Below are positions 28,222-39,735 of a stretch of 62,539 bases of DNA, in pieces. Each line of letters starts with the position of its first letter. Positions within the stretch are counted from its first letter, which is position 1. The translations under genes and the position numbers were made by a program. Source of the DNA: an uncultured Candidatus Saccharibacteria bacterium (lineage in GTDB: Bacteria; Patescibacteriota; Minisyncoccia; Minisyncoccales; UBA10102). The stretch is taken from positions 1-62,539 of the forward strand of contig CAYZNF010000007.1 in the NCBI GenBank assembly GCA_964479725.1, given 5' to 3'. Under the pieces are notes generated by a model. That model was not told where the DNA came from. It was given only the letters and a program-made list of their open reading frames with translations, and searched no databases.

Positions 28222-28944
28222 ATGAAACAAACAGAAGAGTTAATCGTAATAGCTTTGGGAGGATCAATTGTTGTGCCTCATCTGTCGGACGACGGGGGAA
28301 TAAATATTGATTTCTTAAAGAGTTTCAGAGATTTTATTATATACGAAATAGGCAAGGGCAAACGATTTGTTTTGATTGTCGGGGGAGGAAAGACAACTCG
28401 TATATACAATAAATCCGCGGCTCAAGTGGTGCCGGTGTCAAATGAGGACTTGGATTGGATTGGCATTCACGCCACCCGTCTCAACGCGCATCTTTTGCGT
28501 ACAATTTTTGCAAAAGAGGCGTATCCCGTTATTATCGACCACGATCCTTCTGTGCGTGAAGTCGCGGCTTTGCGGCGAAAGAAAACAAGCCTCTTTTTGG
28601 CCTCCGGCTGGAAGCCAGGCTGGTCAACCGATTATGTGGCGGTGCGTTTGGCCCAAAAATTTGGCGCAAATACAATGCTGGATGCCGGAGATGTGCCGTT
28701 TGTATACGACAAAGATCCAAAAATACACCAGGACGCAAAGCCAATACGAAAAATTTCCTGGGCAGAATACAGGAAACTTATCCCATCTGAATGGTCTCCT
28801 GGCATGGCAACTCCCATTGATCCCGTTGCTTCAGGGCTAGCTCAAAAAACAAAGCTTACCGTAAAAATGTTCAAAGGAACCGATTTGGCAAATTTCGAAA
28901 ACGCAGTCGAGGGAAAAGAGTTCGAGGGAACGGTAATACAGTAA
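28222..28944 (+). CDS. pyrH: UMP kinase (archaeal-type)
   Basis: IALGGSIV, IVGGGKTTR, IGIHATRLNA, GWKPGWSTD, VYDKDPK, PIDPVA. Confidence 0.92.
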   Translation: MKQTEELIVIALGGSIVVPHLSDDGGINIDFLKSFRDFIIYEIGKGKRFVLIVGGGKTTRIYNKSAAQVVPVSNEDLDWIGIHATRLNAHLLRTIFAKEAYPVIIDHDPSVREVAALRRKKTSLFLASGWKPGWSTDYVAVRLAQKFGANTMLDAGDVPFVYDKDPKIHQDAKPIRKISWAEYRKLIPSEWSPGMATPIDPVASGLAQKTKLTVKMFKGTDLANFENAVEGKEFEGTVIQ

Positions 28945-28991
28945 TTCCCAATGTCTAATAACTAATTAGAAATTGGAAATTAGATATTTTT

Positions 28992-30056
28992 ATGAGCTTA
29001 TCTGTCGGGATTGTTGGGCTTCCTAATGTAGGAAAATCGAGCTTGTTTCGGGCGCTTACGGCAAAGCCGGTTGAAGTTGCCAATTATCCTTTTGCCACAA
29101 TTGACCCTAACGTCGGCGTGGTAAAAATGCCAGATGAAAGATTAGATAAACTGGCCGCTTTTTTCCATTCAAAAAATATTGTGCCTGCTATTGTTGAATT
29201 TGTTGATATAGCGGGGCTTGTGAAAGGGGCGCACGAAGGGGAGGGATTGGGAAATAAATTTTTGACGCATATTCGCGAAGTAGCGGCAATTGTGCATGTT
29301 GTGCGATGTTTTGAAAACCCCGATATTATCCATGTGGAAAATAGGGTAAATCCTCTTGAAGATATTGATACCATAAACACGGAGCTTATTTTGAAAGATA
29401 TTGAAACTTTGGAAAAGCGCTTGGAAACCATACATAAAGATGTGCGCGCGGGAAAAAAAGAAGCCGTTGTCCAAGAACAAGCGTTGGCAGGGTTAAAAGA
29501 ATACTTTAACCAGGGAAAGTTTGCCAGGGAATATTTTGAGCAATTTCCAGAAAGCGCCGAAATACTGAAAGAACTCCAATTTTTAACCGCAAAACCTGTG
29601 ATATTCTTGCTGAACGCCGATACAGAGATCGTGTCAAACAGCCTGAAGCAAAAAATAGAAAGCCAGGGAGCAAGCTATCTAGCCATGAATATCAAAGATG
29701 AAATGGACATGGCCGGGCTTTCTGCCGAGGAGGCAAGAGAGCTTGGTATGGAATCGAAGCTCCCTTTGCTCATTAAAAAAGCGTACGAGATTTTGAATTT
29801 GATTACGTTTTTGACTACCGGGGAAGACGAATCAAGGGCATGGACAATAGCTCGCGGGACAAGCGCTCCGCAAGCGGCGGGAGTTATTCATACGGATTTT
29901 GAAGAAAAATTCATAAAGGCTCTTGTAATTCCCTGGGATAAATTGCTCGAGACTGGGAGCTACGCCGAAGCAGCGTCGCGAGGATGGGTAAGGACAGAAG
30001 GCAGAGAATATATTGTGCAAGACGGCGATGTGATCGAAGTAAAGCACGCTGCATAA
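28992..30056 (+). CDS. ychF: Redox-regulated ATPase YchF
   Basis: GIVGLPNVGKSS, ANYPFATIDPN, VDIAGLVKGA, GLGNKFL, AAGVIHTDF. Confidence 0.97.
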   Translation: MSLSVGIVGLPNVGKSSLFRALTAKPVEVANYPFATIDPNVGVVKMPDERLDKLAAFFHSKNIVPAIVEFVDIAGLVKGAHEGEGLGNKFLTHIREVAAIVHVVRCFENPDIIHVENRVNPLEDIDTINTELILKDIETLEKRLETIHKDVRAGKKEAVVQEQALAGLKEYFNQGKFAREYFEQFPESAEILKELQFLTAKPVIFLLNADTEIVSNSLKQKIESQGASYLAMNIKDEMDMAGLSAEEARELGMESKLPLLIKKAYEILNLITFLTTGEDESRAWTIARGTSAPQAAGVIHTDFEEKFIKALVIPWDKLLETGSYAEAASRGWVRTEGREYIVQDGDVIEVKHAA

Positions 30057-30062
30057 AGCAAA

Positions 30063-30103
30063 CAGGCAACTTAGGGAGCAGGCAACTTAGGGAGACTAAG
30101 TTG
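30063..30103. repeat. 16-bp tandem duplication ending in a REP-like hairpin
   Basis: CAGGCAACTTAGGGAG x2; CAACTTAG-ggaga-CTAAGTTG. Confidence 0.75.
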
Positions 30104-30195
30104 GGCGCAGAATCAAGGCGGGCGGTTGTTTTTTGCTAAAAATTTTGTTTTTGGTAAACTTGAGATGGAATACATATTATGCAGGAGGGTTTGCC

Positions 30196-30375
30196 ATGGC
30201 AGGGGGGATACAATGGAAAATGGCAGTCGAGGGAAAGGAAGGATATTGCCTGTTTTGCAGGGAGCCTATTAATATGGGGCAAGAATATTGTACTTTCCAA
30301 TGCGGGAGCAAGGGGCATAGGATATGCTGCGAGGCGTATCTTGCGCCCTCCATTGCTCTTGCGCCGTCATATTAG
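30196..30375 (+). CDS. Small Cys/His-rich zinc-finger-like protein (59 aa)
   Basis: AGGAGG RBS; CLFC...CTFQC...HRICC. Confidence 0.6.
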   Translation: MAGGIQWKMAVEGKEGYCLFCREPINMGQEYCTFQCGSKGHRICCEAYLAPSIALAPSY

Positions 30376-30445
30376 CACCTTGCTCAAGGGTGTCTGCCTC
30401 ACGGCCGGCACCCTGGCTATTTAAAAGACAGTTAAAAAACAGCCA

Positions 30446-31627
30446 ATGAAATTTTTTGAAATTACAAAACAGAGCAAAAAATCAAAAGCACGGACGGGTA
30501 TTTTGAGGACAAGCCATGGCAAAGTGCTGACCCCTTCTTTTGTGCCTGTAGCTACAAAGGGCACATTGAAGTCTTTGCCGCCAAAAGATATTAAAGAAAT
30601 TGGCGTGCAGATTGCTTTCGTAAACACGTTCCATTTGACCATTTACCCGGGAGTAGATGTTTTAAAAAAGTTTGGAGGGGTGCATAAGTACGCAAAATTG
30701 GATATTCCTTTAATGAGTGACTCTGCAGGATTTCAAGTGTTTTCTTTGGGTCAGGAAAAACCTGGTAAAAAGATAAAGACGCGCGAGGGGGATGAAGCTT
30801 TGCTTTTGGGCATATCGGAAGATGGGGTAAAATTCCGCTCGCCCCGCGATGGCAAAGAAATTCTGTTCAGCCCCGAGTTTTCAATAAAAAACCAGGAAAA
30901 AATAGGAGCAGATATTATGATGGCCTTTGACGAGTGCATTTACGGCACAGCTAGTCATGAATACACGAAATCAGCCACGGAAAGAACGCACCGCTGGCTT
31001 TTGCGATGCATAAAAGAGAAGAGCAAGAAGAAACAATCAGCAACCCGCCTCGACGCGAAGTCTTCGGCGAGGCAGGTCAACAATAAGCAATTTCTGTATG
31101 GGATTGTGCAAGGAGGGAGATTCAAGGATTTGCGGGAAGAGTCGGCAAAATTCGTTTCCGCACAAAATGTGGATGGAGTGGCGATTGGCGGGGTGTCTGT
31201 AGGCGAAACAAAAAAAGAAATGCGAGAGCAGGTAAAATGGACTATGCCTTATTTGCCGCAAGAAAAACCAAGACATCTCCTTGGAGTGGGAAGGGCGGAA
31301 GATATCTTAGATTTAATAAAAGAGGGGATTGATACGTTCGATTGCGTTGAACCGACGCGCTTGGCTCGCAATGGCACTGTTTTTCAGAAGAGGGGAAAAA
31401 GCTTTGTACGCTTGGATATCGGCAAATCAGCATTCCTTAACAATAAGAATCCCATACAAAAGGATTGCCGTTGTTATACCTGCCAAAATTTTTCCTTGTC
31501 GTTTGTCCACCATCTTTTTAAAGAAAGGGAGCTTTTGGGATGTTATCTTGCCACTTATCACAATCTGCATTTTTTCAGCCAGTTTTTCATCTCTCTTCGA
31601 AAAGACATCGAAAGGGGAGTGTTGTAA
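30446..31627 (+). CDS. tgt: tRNA-guanine transglycosylase
   Basis: TPSFVPVATKG, NTFHL, SDSAGFQVFSL, MAFDEC, YGIVQGG, PRHLLGVG, FDCVEPTR, DCRCYTC. Confidence 0.96.
   Translation: MKFFEITKQSKKSKARTGILRTSHGKVLTPSFVPVATKGTLKSLPPKDIKEIGVQIAFVNTFHLTIYPGVDVLKKFGGVHKYAKLDIPLMSDSAGFQVFSLGQEKPGKKIKTREGDEALLLGISEDGVKFRSPRDGKEILFSPEFSIKNQEKIGADIMMAFDECIYGTASHEYTKSATERTHRWLLRCIKEKSKKKQSATRLDAKSSARQVNNKQFLYGIVQGGRFKDLREESAKFVSAQNVDGVAIGGVSVGETKKEMREQVKWTMPYLPQEKPRHLLGVGRAEDILDLIKEGIDTFDCVEPTRLARNGTVFQKRGKSFVRLDIGKSAFLNNKNPIQKDCRCYTCQNFSLSFVHHLFKERELLGCYLATYHNLHFFSQFFISLRKDIERGVL
31043..31077. repeat. GC-rich hairpin inserted in frame in tgt
   Basis: ACCCGCCTCGACGCGAAGTCTTCGGCGAGGCAGGT encodes TRLDAKSSARQV before QFLYGIVQGG. 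Confidence 0.75.
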
Positions 31628-31631
31628 TTTC

Positions 31632-31670
31632 AGCTATGCTAAATTTACACGATCGTGGATTTTTTGTATA
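31632..31670. repeat. CACGATCGTG-core imperfect palindrome (copy 1), overlapping the promoter of the PaaX-like gene
   Basis: AGCTATGCTAAATTTACACGATCGTGGATTTTTTGTATA. Confidence 0.75.
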
Positions 31671-31677
31671 ATGAAGT

Positions 31678-32223
31678 ATGGATGAATATGCGAGGAAAAA
31701 ATTATTAGCACTGTTATTTGCTGGTATGGCGCTAGGATTTTCTTATACTCCCCAGCGTCGTCAAAAAATTTATAGCTCCACAAAGAGATATTTAAAGTAT
31801 CTTGACGAGCGTAAATTAAAAAACGAGATTCGAAAAATGTATCGTACCAAACTTATAAGATATAAAGAGAATTCCGACAAATCTATTACGCTTATATTAA
31901 CGGATAAGGGTAAAATGAAAGCGTTGACGTATCGCTTTGAGGAGATGACTATTTATCCTCCCAAAAAATGGGATGGCAAGTGGAGGATTGTCATCTTTGA
32001 CATTCCAGAAAAATTAAGGCAGGGGAGAGACGCTCTTCGCACTAAACTTATTCAAATTGGTTTCCTGGAATTCCAAAAAAGTGTTTTTGTTTTTCCGTAC
32101 CCATGCGAAAATGAACTAGACTTTATTATCGAATTTTTTAATCTCCGTCCCTATGTAAGAGTGGGTATATTGGAAAACATTGATAATGCAGCCGATCTTA
32201 AACATAAGTTCGATCTTCCTTAG
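31678..32223 (+). CDS. PaaX-family wHTH plus Cas2-like ferredoxin-fold protein
   Basis: LILTDKGK wing; KWDGKWRIVIFDIPE...RDALR..L...GF...QKSVFV.PY; no CRISPR array nearby. Confidence 0.88.
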   Translation: MDEYARKKLLALLFAGMALGFSYTPQRRQKIYSSTKRYLKYLDERKLKNEIRKMYRTKLIRYKENSDKSITLILTDKGKMKALTYRFEEMTIYPPKKWDGKWRIVIFDIPEKLRQGRDALRTKLIQIGFLEFQKSVFVFPYPCENELDFIIEFFNLRPYVRVGILENIDNAADLKHKFDLP

Positions 32224-32240
32224 AAGATATCTGATTATAA

Positions 32241-32292
32241 AATTTAGCTATACATAAAAGCCACGATCGTGGCTTTTATGTATAGCTAAATT
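32241..32292. repeat. Perfect 52-bp palindrome with CACGATCGTG core (copy 2)
   Basis: AATTTAGCTATACATAAAAGCCACGA|TCGTGGCTTTTATGTATAGCTAAATT. Confidence 0.92.
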
Positions 32293-32352
32293 GAAGATGG
32301 ACGCTTGCGTTGCCCATTGAATATTTTGGGAATTTGGGTATATAATGCGCCA

Positions 32353-33099
32353 ATGAAGATTACAGAGGTAAAAACAAGCAAGATTACAGACCAGAATCAT
32401 GATATCCTGGAGGTTTTGGATGCCTATTTGCCGCGGCTTCAAGAAGGCACGGTTGTCGCTGTAACTTCAAAAATTGTGTCTATTTGTGAAGGAAGAATGG
32501 TGCCATTCAGAAGCAAGGAAGAGAAAGATGAGATTATCAAAAAAGAAGCTGACTATTATCTTCCCAGTGAAATAAATAAATATCACGTTTGGCTCACCAT
32601 AAAAAACAGTATTATCATTTTTTCTTCGGGAGTAGATGAATCGAATGGAAACGGGTATTTAGTGCTCTGGCCATCTGATCCTCAAAAATGGGCAAATACC
32701 ATTCGAGAGCATTTGGCAAAAAAGCATAGCCTGCAAAAAATAGGCGTAATTATAACGGATACTAGCAGTATGCCGCTGCGGCGGGGGCAAAAAGGCATTG
32801 TCCTTGCGCACAGCGGTTTTTATGCGCTTAACGACTATGTCGGCAAGCCGGATATTTTCGGCAGGGTGCTGAAAATAACAAAAGCGGCTGTTGCGGATGC
32901 ATTGGCAACCGCGTCTGTGCTAGTTATGGGCGAGGGGAATGAGCAAACTCCTCTCGCGCTAGTCGAGGATATTCCTTTTGTGCAATTCCAGGGCAGGAAC
33001 CCTACCCAGGAGGAATTGGCAGAACTTCGCATTGCCATTGAAGACGACTTGTTCGGCGAAATGGTTTCGGGAGTAAGGTGGGAAAAGGGTGGAATATGA
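32353..33099 (+). CDS. Coenzyme F420-0:L-glutamate ligase-like (CofE family)
   Basis: VAVTSKIVSICEG, SGVDESN, GVIITDT...PLRRG, VADALA, VMGEGNEQTP. Confidence 0.85.
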   Translation: MKITEVKTSKITDQNHDILEVLDAYLPRLQEGTVVAVTSKIVSICEGRMVPFRSKEEKDEIIKKEADYYLPSEINKYHVWLTIKNSIIIFSSGVDESNGNGYLVLWPSDPQKWANTIREHLAKKHSLQKIGVIITDTSSMPLRRGQKGIVLAHSGFYALNDYVGKPDIFGRVLKITKAAVADALATASVLVMGEGNEQTPLALVEDIPFVQFQGRNPTQEELAELRIAIEDDLFGEMVSGVRWEKGGI

Positions 33100-33509
33100 A
33101 ACGTGTTTTGGTTTTTGGCATATTCGACGGCATCCATGATGGCCACCGCCATTTTTTTAAAGAGGCGAGGGTTTTTGGCGATGAGCTTGTGGTTGTTGTG
33201 GGGCGCGACGATATTGCCAAAGTCTTAAAAGGAAAAATTCCAAGAAAGTCCGAAGAACAGCGAATCCGCGACTTGAAAGCAGAAACTCTGGTTGATTTGG
33301 CAGTGCTTGGGGATGAACAGCTTTCCACCTATAAAGTTGTGGAGGATTTGCAGCCTCATGTGATTTGTTTGGGGTACGACCAGGAAGCTTTTGAGAGGGA
33401 TTTGAGGGCTTGGATCGAGGCAAACAACCCTTCCATTGAAGTAAACATTCTTTCTGCACTCAAACCAGACGAACTCCATTCTTCGATTTTATACGGGAAA
33501 AACGGGTAA
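33096..33509 (+). CDS. Cytidylyltransferase-like nucleotidyltransferase (archaeal FAD synthase RibL-like)
   Basis: FGIFDGIHDGH, VVVVGRD, AVLGD, ICLGYDQ, HSS. Confidence 0.85.
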   Translation: MKRVLVFGIFDGIHDGHRHFFKEARVFGDELVVVVGRDDIAKVLKGKIPRKSEEQRIRDLKAETLVDLAVLGDEQLSTYKVVEDLQPHVICLGYDQEAFERDLRAWIEANNPSIEVNILSALKPDELHSSILYGKNG

Positions 33510-33553
33510 AAACCATTTACAAAACCCTCTTTTAAAGGTATTATGTATACGGC

Positions 33554-34288
33554 ATGCATATCAGCTTAAAGCCAGAAATTATCGGGTATTTTCTCGGGTT
33601 GCCAATTGCCAACAGCCTTATTTTGTCGTTGATAGTAACTCTTTTGCTGGTTGGCCTTGCTATTCTAGCGGTAAAATCGTTGAAAATGGCGCCGGGTAAA
33701 ATTCAGAATAGCGCGGAATCTCTTATTGAGACTCTTTTGGATTTTATGGCCAACGCCTTGGGAGACCGGAAACAAGCAATGCAATTTTTTCCGTTGGTTG
33801 CATCGTTTTTTTTGATTATTTTGTTCAACAACTGGGTGGGCGTGATGCCGGGGGTGGGATCCATTATGCTTGAGGGATCCCACGCGGAACGCTTTCCTTT
33901 GTTCCGCGCGGCAAACAGTGATTTAAATACAACGCTTGCCTTGGCGTTTGTTTCCGTCATTGCCATACAATGGTACGGTGTGCGAAAATTCGGATTTTTC
34001 GGGCATTTTTCAAAATTCTTTGTTTTTACCAAAGGGCCCATACAGCTTTTTGTGGGTTTGCTGGAGTTGGTGGGGGAGTTGGCGAAAGTGCTTTCGTTTT
34101 CTTTTAGGTTGTTCGGGAATGTTTTCGCGGGAGAGGTCTTGCTGGTTACCATTATGACTCTTGTGCCTATTATCGCGCCTTTGCCTTTCTTTTTGCTCGA
34201 ATTTTTTGTAGGATTCATTCAGGCGCTGGTATTTTCCATGCTTACTTTGGTGTTTTTAAAAATTGCGACCGAAACAGCCGAACACTAA
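33554..34288 (+). CDS. atpB: ATP synthase Fo subunit a
   Basis: FRAANSDLNTT, LSFSFRLFGNVFAGE, FIQALVF. Confidence 0.96.
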   Translation: MHISLKPEIIGYFLGLPIANSLILSLIVTLLLVGLAILAVKSLKMAPGKIQNSAESLIETLLDFMANALGDRKQAMQFFPLVASFFLIILFNNWVGVMPGVGSIMLEGSHAERFPLFRAANSDLNTTLALAFVSVIAIQWYGVRKFGFFGHFSKFFVFTKGPIQLFVGLLELVGELAKVLSFSFRLFGNVFAGEVLLVTIMTLVPIIAPLPFFLLEFFVGFIQALVFSMLTLVFLKIATETAEH

Positions 34289-34363
34289 TTTTTTTCTTCC
34301 TTGGGTTTAAAAAAGCTCAAGGAAGGGAAAAATTCCCAAAGGTCCTTTCGAATTCTCAATTAA

Positions 34364-34600
<237 letters not shown>

Positions 34601-34701
34601 CGAAAGCGATGTCTATAGATACTTACCCCGCCTTGCGGGCCGATATTTCTCGACTCATTCGCAGGCGGGGGGAGTAAATAGCCAGTAATATTACGGATTA
34701 A

Positions 34702-35217
34702 ATGTCTGAATTATTTTCACAACTAGGAATTGATTGGAAACTTTTGATAGCCCAAGCGGTTAATTTTCTCATTGTCCTTGTGATTTTGCATAAGTTCGTA
34801 TTTACGAAGTTAATAAAACTTATGGAAGAGCGCCGCGAAAGGATTGAAAAAGGATTGGCCATGCGCGAGGAAGCGGAAAAAGAATTAGCCAGGGCGCACG
34901 AAATGAGACGAAATGAGATTGAAAAAGCCAAAAAAGAAGCCGAGGCGGTTATTGCCCAGGCAAAGACCCTTGGGGCAGAAAGGGAACGTCAATTAGTCGC
35001 GAAAGCCAGGGAGGAAGCGGAGAAGATATTATATGGCGCAAAAGAAGATATCAAGCGTGAAACCCAAGCTGTATTGCAATCTGCCAAGGAAGATATTCTT
35101 GCCATGGCGATGATTGCGGCAGAGAAGGTTATTGACCGGAGCATTACCCAGGAAGACCGGATCCGCATGATGAAAGAAGTAATGGAGTCAATTGAAAAAG
35201 AATATGGCAGGAAATAA
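34702..35217 (+). CDS. atpF: ATP synthase subunit b
   Basis: QLGIDWKLLIAQAVNF, ERRERIEKGL, long coiled coil. Confidence 0.95.
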   Translation: MSELFSQLGIDWKLLIAQAVNFLIVLVILHKFVFTKLIKLMEERRERIEKGLAMREEAEKELARAHEMRRNEIEKAKKEAEAVIAQAKTLGAERERQLVAKAREEAEKILYGAKEDIKRETQAVLQSAKEDILAMAMIAAEKVIDRSITQEDRIRMMKEVMESIEKEYGRK

Positions 35218-35593
35218 AAGTCAATCGTACGCCCAGATTTTGCTCGGGCTTGTAAAGGATTCTTCGCTGAAAACCGACGAAAAAGCAAAAAAATTTGTCC
35301 AGCTTTTAAGGAAGCGGGGCGATACAAAGCTTTTTTCCAGGATCTTGCGCGAATTTGAGCGGCGGTGGGAATCGGCAGGGGAAAAAACAGCCCGTGTCGT
35401 TTCTGCCAAAAAACTGGAAGGCTCTGTGCGCGAGGCGACAGAAAGGTCGCTGAAAGAACTTGGGTATCAAATGAAAGAAGAAACAAACCCTGAACTTAAG
35501 GAGGGAACCGCGATATTTTTGGGGAAGGATTATTTAATAGACGGAAGCGTGCAGGGCAAGCTGCGTGAGCTTTGGAGGCAAACAATAAAATAA
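35204..35593 (+). CDS. atpH: ATP synthase subunit delta (short form)
   Basis: Operon position; VVSAKKL...NPELKEG...LIDGSVQGKL. Confidence 0.85.
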   Translation: MAGNKSQSYAQILLGLVKDSSLKTDEKAKKFVQLLRKRGDTKLFSRILREFERRWESAGEKTARVVSAKKLEGSVREATERSLKELGYQMKEETNPELKEGTAIFLGKDYLIDGSVQGKLRELWRQTIK

Positions 35594-35595
35594 CA

Positions 35596-35707
35596 AATTG
35601 CTAATTGCTAATTGCTAATTGCTAATTGCTGATTGTTTATTGAGATAACGTATGCGGTTACAATCGACAATCGACAATCAACAATTAACAATTATCTATC
35701 AGCAATT
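35596..35707. repeat. Heptamer tandem repeats forming an inverted pair
   Basis: (AATTGCT)x5 at 35596-35630; degenerate inverse ACAATCG/ACAATTA/AGCAATT at 35660-35707. Confidence 0.8.
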
Positions 35708-35713
35708 AATTCT

Positions 35714-37258
35714 ATGGATAAAAGTTTTATAGACGTACTAAAACAGCAGATGGAAGGAATAACGGTTGAAACCAAGGGTGAGGAGATCGGCCGTGTTTCG
35801 AGCGTTGCAGACGGCATTGTTCAGATTGAAGGGCTTCCCAACGTAAAATTCTCCGAAATGGTGTTGGTTGGACAATGGCCGCTTGGAACCAACGAAAAAG
35901 CAAAGTCGTTTCCAGCTATGGTTTTGAACCTCGAAGAATATACGGCAGGAGCTGTGCTATTTGAGGGAGAAGCGGAGGTAAAAGAAGGAGATGTGGTGAA
36001 GCGAACAGGAAAAGTTCTTTCGGTGCCTGTGGGCGAACAATTACTCGGAAGAGTAGTAAATTCATTGGGTCAGCCAATTGACGGTCGAGGACCGCTTTCA
36101 AATAAGGAAATGGAAATGTTTCCTATTGAACGCCCCGCTCCTTCGGTAATGGATCGAGAGGGGGTGAATACTTCAATGGCAACCGGATTGAAAGTTATTG
36201 ATGCTATTATTCCCATCGGACGGGGCCAGAGAGAGCTTATCATCGGAGACCGTCAAATCGGAAAAACAGCTATTGCACAAGATACCATCTTGAATCAGTT
36301 GAATGAGCCTGCAGAGCGCCGGCCGATTTGTATTTATGTCGCAATTGGGCAAAAAGCCGCAAAAGTTGCACAGCTAGTGCAGGAACTACGAGCGCGCGGC
36401 GCAATGGATTATACCATTGTTGTTTCAGCTACCGCGTACGATCCCGCTCCCTTGTGGTACATTGCTCCGTATGCTGGAACCAGCATGGGAGAATATTTCC
36501 GCGATAAAGGGAAGGATGTGCTGATTATATACGACGACCTTTCAAAACATGCCCAGGCGTGGCGTGAAATTGCATTGCTTTTGAGAAGGCCGCCTGGAAG
36601 AGAAGCGTATCCCGGAGATGTGTTTTATCTTCATTCCAGATTGCTTGAACGTGCCTCAAAGCTCTCCAAAGAAAAAGGAGGCGGCTCTTTAACTGCGCTC
36701 CCTATCATCGAAACGCAAGCAGGAGACGTATCCGCTTATATTCCAACCAACGTTATTTCTATTACCGACGGGCAAATTTATCTCGAGCTCGACTTGTTTG
36801 CAAGAGGGCAAAGGCCTGCGGTAAACATCGGTCTTTCCGTTTCTCGTGTGGGGTCTGCGGCCCAAACAAAAGCGATGAAAAAAGTTGCAGGGCAGTTGAA
36901 ACTCGAACTTGCGCAATACCAAGAGCTTGTTGCGTTTGCCCAATTTGCCCAGGACTTGGATCCCGCAACGCGCCAGCGAATTACGAGAGGAGCCCGATTA
37001 ACCGAATTGCTCAAACAATCCCAGGGAGTGGTGTTGCCGTTTGAAGAGCAGGTAGCTGTAATTTTTGCAGGCACGCAAGGGTTTGCAGATGACATTCCGC
37101 TTGAAAAAGTAAAGGAATTCGAGACAAAGCTTTTGGATTATCTTCGAGATAACCAAAGCGCACTGTTGGCAAAAATCCGTGAAACGCGCGATTTCCCAGA
37201 AGAGGTTCAACAGGAAGCCCGCCAGGCAATCGAAGCATTTGCAAGTAACTTTAAGTAA
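35714..37258 (+). CDS. atpA: ATP synthase subunit alpha
   Basis: [49 protein letters not shown]. Confidence 0.98.
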   Translation: MDKSFIDVLKQQMEGITVETKGEEIGRVSSVADGIVQIEGLPNVKFSEMVLVGQWPLGTNEKAKSFPAMVLNLEEYTAGAVLFEGEAEVKEGDVVKRTGKVLSVPVGEQLLGRVVNSLGQPIDGRGPLSNKEMEMFPIERPAPSVMDREGVNTSMATGLKVIDAIIPIGRGQRELIIGDRQIGKTAIAQDTILNQLNEPAERRPICIYVAIGQKAAKVAQLVQELRARGAMDYTIVVSATAYDPAPLWYIAPYAGTSMGEYFRDKGKDVLIIYDDLSKHAQAWREIALLLRRPPGREAYPGDVFYLHSRLLERASKLSKEKGGGSLTALPIIETQAGDVSAYIPTNVISITDGQIYLELDLFARGQRPAVNIGLSVSRVGSAAQTKAMKKVAGQLKLELAQYQELVAFAQFAQDLDPATRQRITRGARLTELLKQSQGVVLPFEEQVAVIFAGTQGFADDIPLEKVKEFETKLLDYLRDNQSALLAKIRETRDFPEEVQQEARQAIEAFASNFK

Positions 37259-37291
37259 AATCATCAAGCTGTTGCAACTTCATAAAGAAAT

Positions 37292-38257
37292 ATGGCGTCA
37301 AAGAGGCAATTGCGAAGCAAAATTCAATCGGTAAAGAATATCAAGCAGATAACGCGTGCAATGCAAATGGTGGCTGCGACAAAAATGAGAAAGTCGCAGG
37401 ACGTTGCCTTGGGCGCCAGGCCTTATGCAAAAAATGCGCTTGCTTTGCTTTCGCATATTATCCAATACAAAAAGAATGGGGACATTTCGTTCAGTTCTTT
37501 GGAGCAACCTAAAGAATCCGCAAAAAAAGTATGCTTAGTTGTCATTACGAGCGACAAGGGCCTTGCTGGAAGTTTTAATGGTTCCGTATTGCGGCTTTCA
37601 TCAAATATATTTCAAGAATTGCGCGGAAAAGGTGAAGCTGTCGATATCGTTGCGGTCGGGAAGAAAGGAAAAGATTTTTTTGCAAAAAGGGGATCTGCTC
37701 CTGTGGCTGAATTTTTAAAATTTTCAGATATTGTGCAAATTCATGCTATAGCTCCCTTATCCCAGTGGATTTTGAGCGCATATGAAAAAGGGGAGTATAA
37801 AAAGATAATTTTTTGCTCAATGCAATTTGTTTCAGCTCTTGTGCAAAAAGCAGAAACAAATGAGATTCTTCCTTTGAATGTGGAACAGTTGAATAAAATT
37901 GTGGAAGGAATCATCCCGAAAACTGGAAAATACGCTGAGCTGGCAAAAGAGCAACCTGCCTCGCCGGCAGACGGGTCTGCGAGCAATCATGCCGTTGATT
38001 ACATCTTTGAGCCATCAAGAGAGCAGATCGCAGAAGAATTGGCAAGAGATTTGGTGCGAATGGAAATTGCCCATTTGATATTTGAAAGCAATGCTTCAGA
38101 GCATTCTGCCAGAATGGTAGCCATGAAAAATGCTACCGACAACGCGCAAAATATGCAAGAAACCTTGACCCTCGCCTTAAACAAGGCAAGGCAAGCGGCC
38201 ATTACCCAAGAAGTCGCAGAAATTTCAACAGCAAAAGAAGCACTAACGAGCGAATAA
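37292..38257 (+). CDS. atpG: ATP synthase subunit gamma
   Basis: ITRAMQMVAATK, SDKGLAGSFN, SEHSARMVAMKNATDNA, RQAAITQEV. Confidence 0.97.
   Translation: MASKRQLRSKIQSVKNIKQITRAMQMVAATKMRKSQDVALGARPYAKNALALLSHIIQYKKNGDISFSSLEQPKESAKKVCLVVITSDKGLAGSFNGSVLRLSSNIFQELRGKGEAVDIVAVGKKGKDFFAKRGSAPVAEFLKFSDIVQIHAIAPLSQWILSAYEKGEYKKIIFCSMQFVSALVQKAETNEILPLNVEQLNKIVEGIIPKTGKYAELAKEQPASPADGSASNHAVDYIFEPSREQIAEELARDLVRMEIAHLIFESNASEHSARMVAMKNATDNAQNMQETLTLALNKARQAAITQEVAEISTAKEALTSE
37954..37976. repeat. Degenerate GCCGGC-centred palindrome in frame in atpG
   Basis: ACCTGCCTCGCCGGCAGACGGGT encodes PASPADG in the variable loop before DYIFEPS. Confidence 0.5.
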
Positions 38258-38264
38258 CAAAATC

Positions 38265-39727
<1,463 letters not shown>

Positions 39728-39735
39728 GCATTACT

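Noticed and set aside
35633-35713. N-terminal extension of AtpA in the ORF track
   Set aside because: It is a translation of the heptamer repeat; the ATG at 35714 fits AtpA better.
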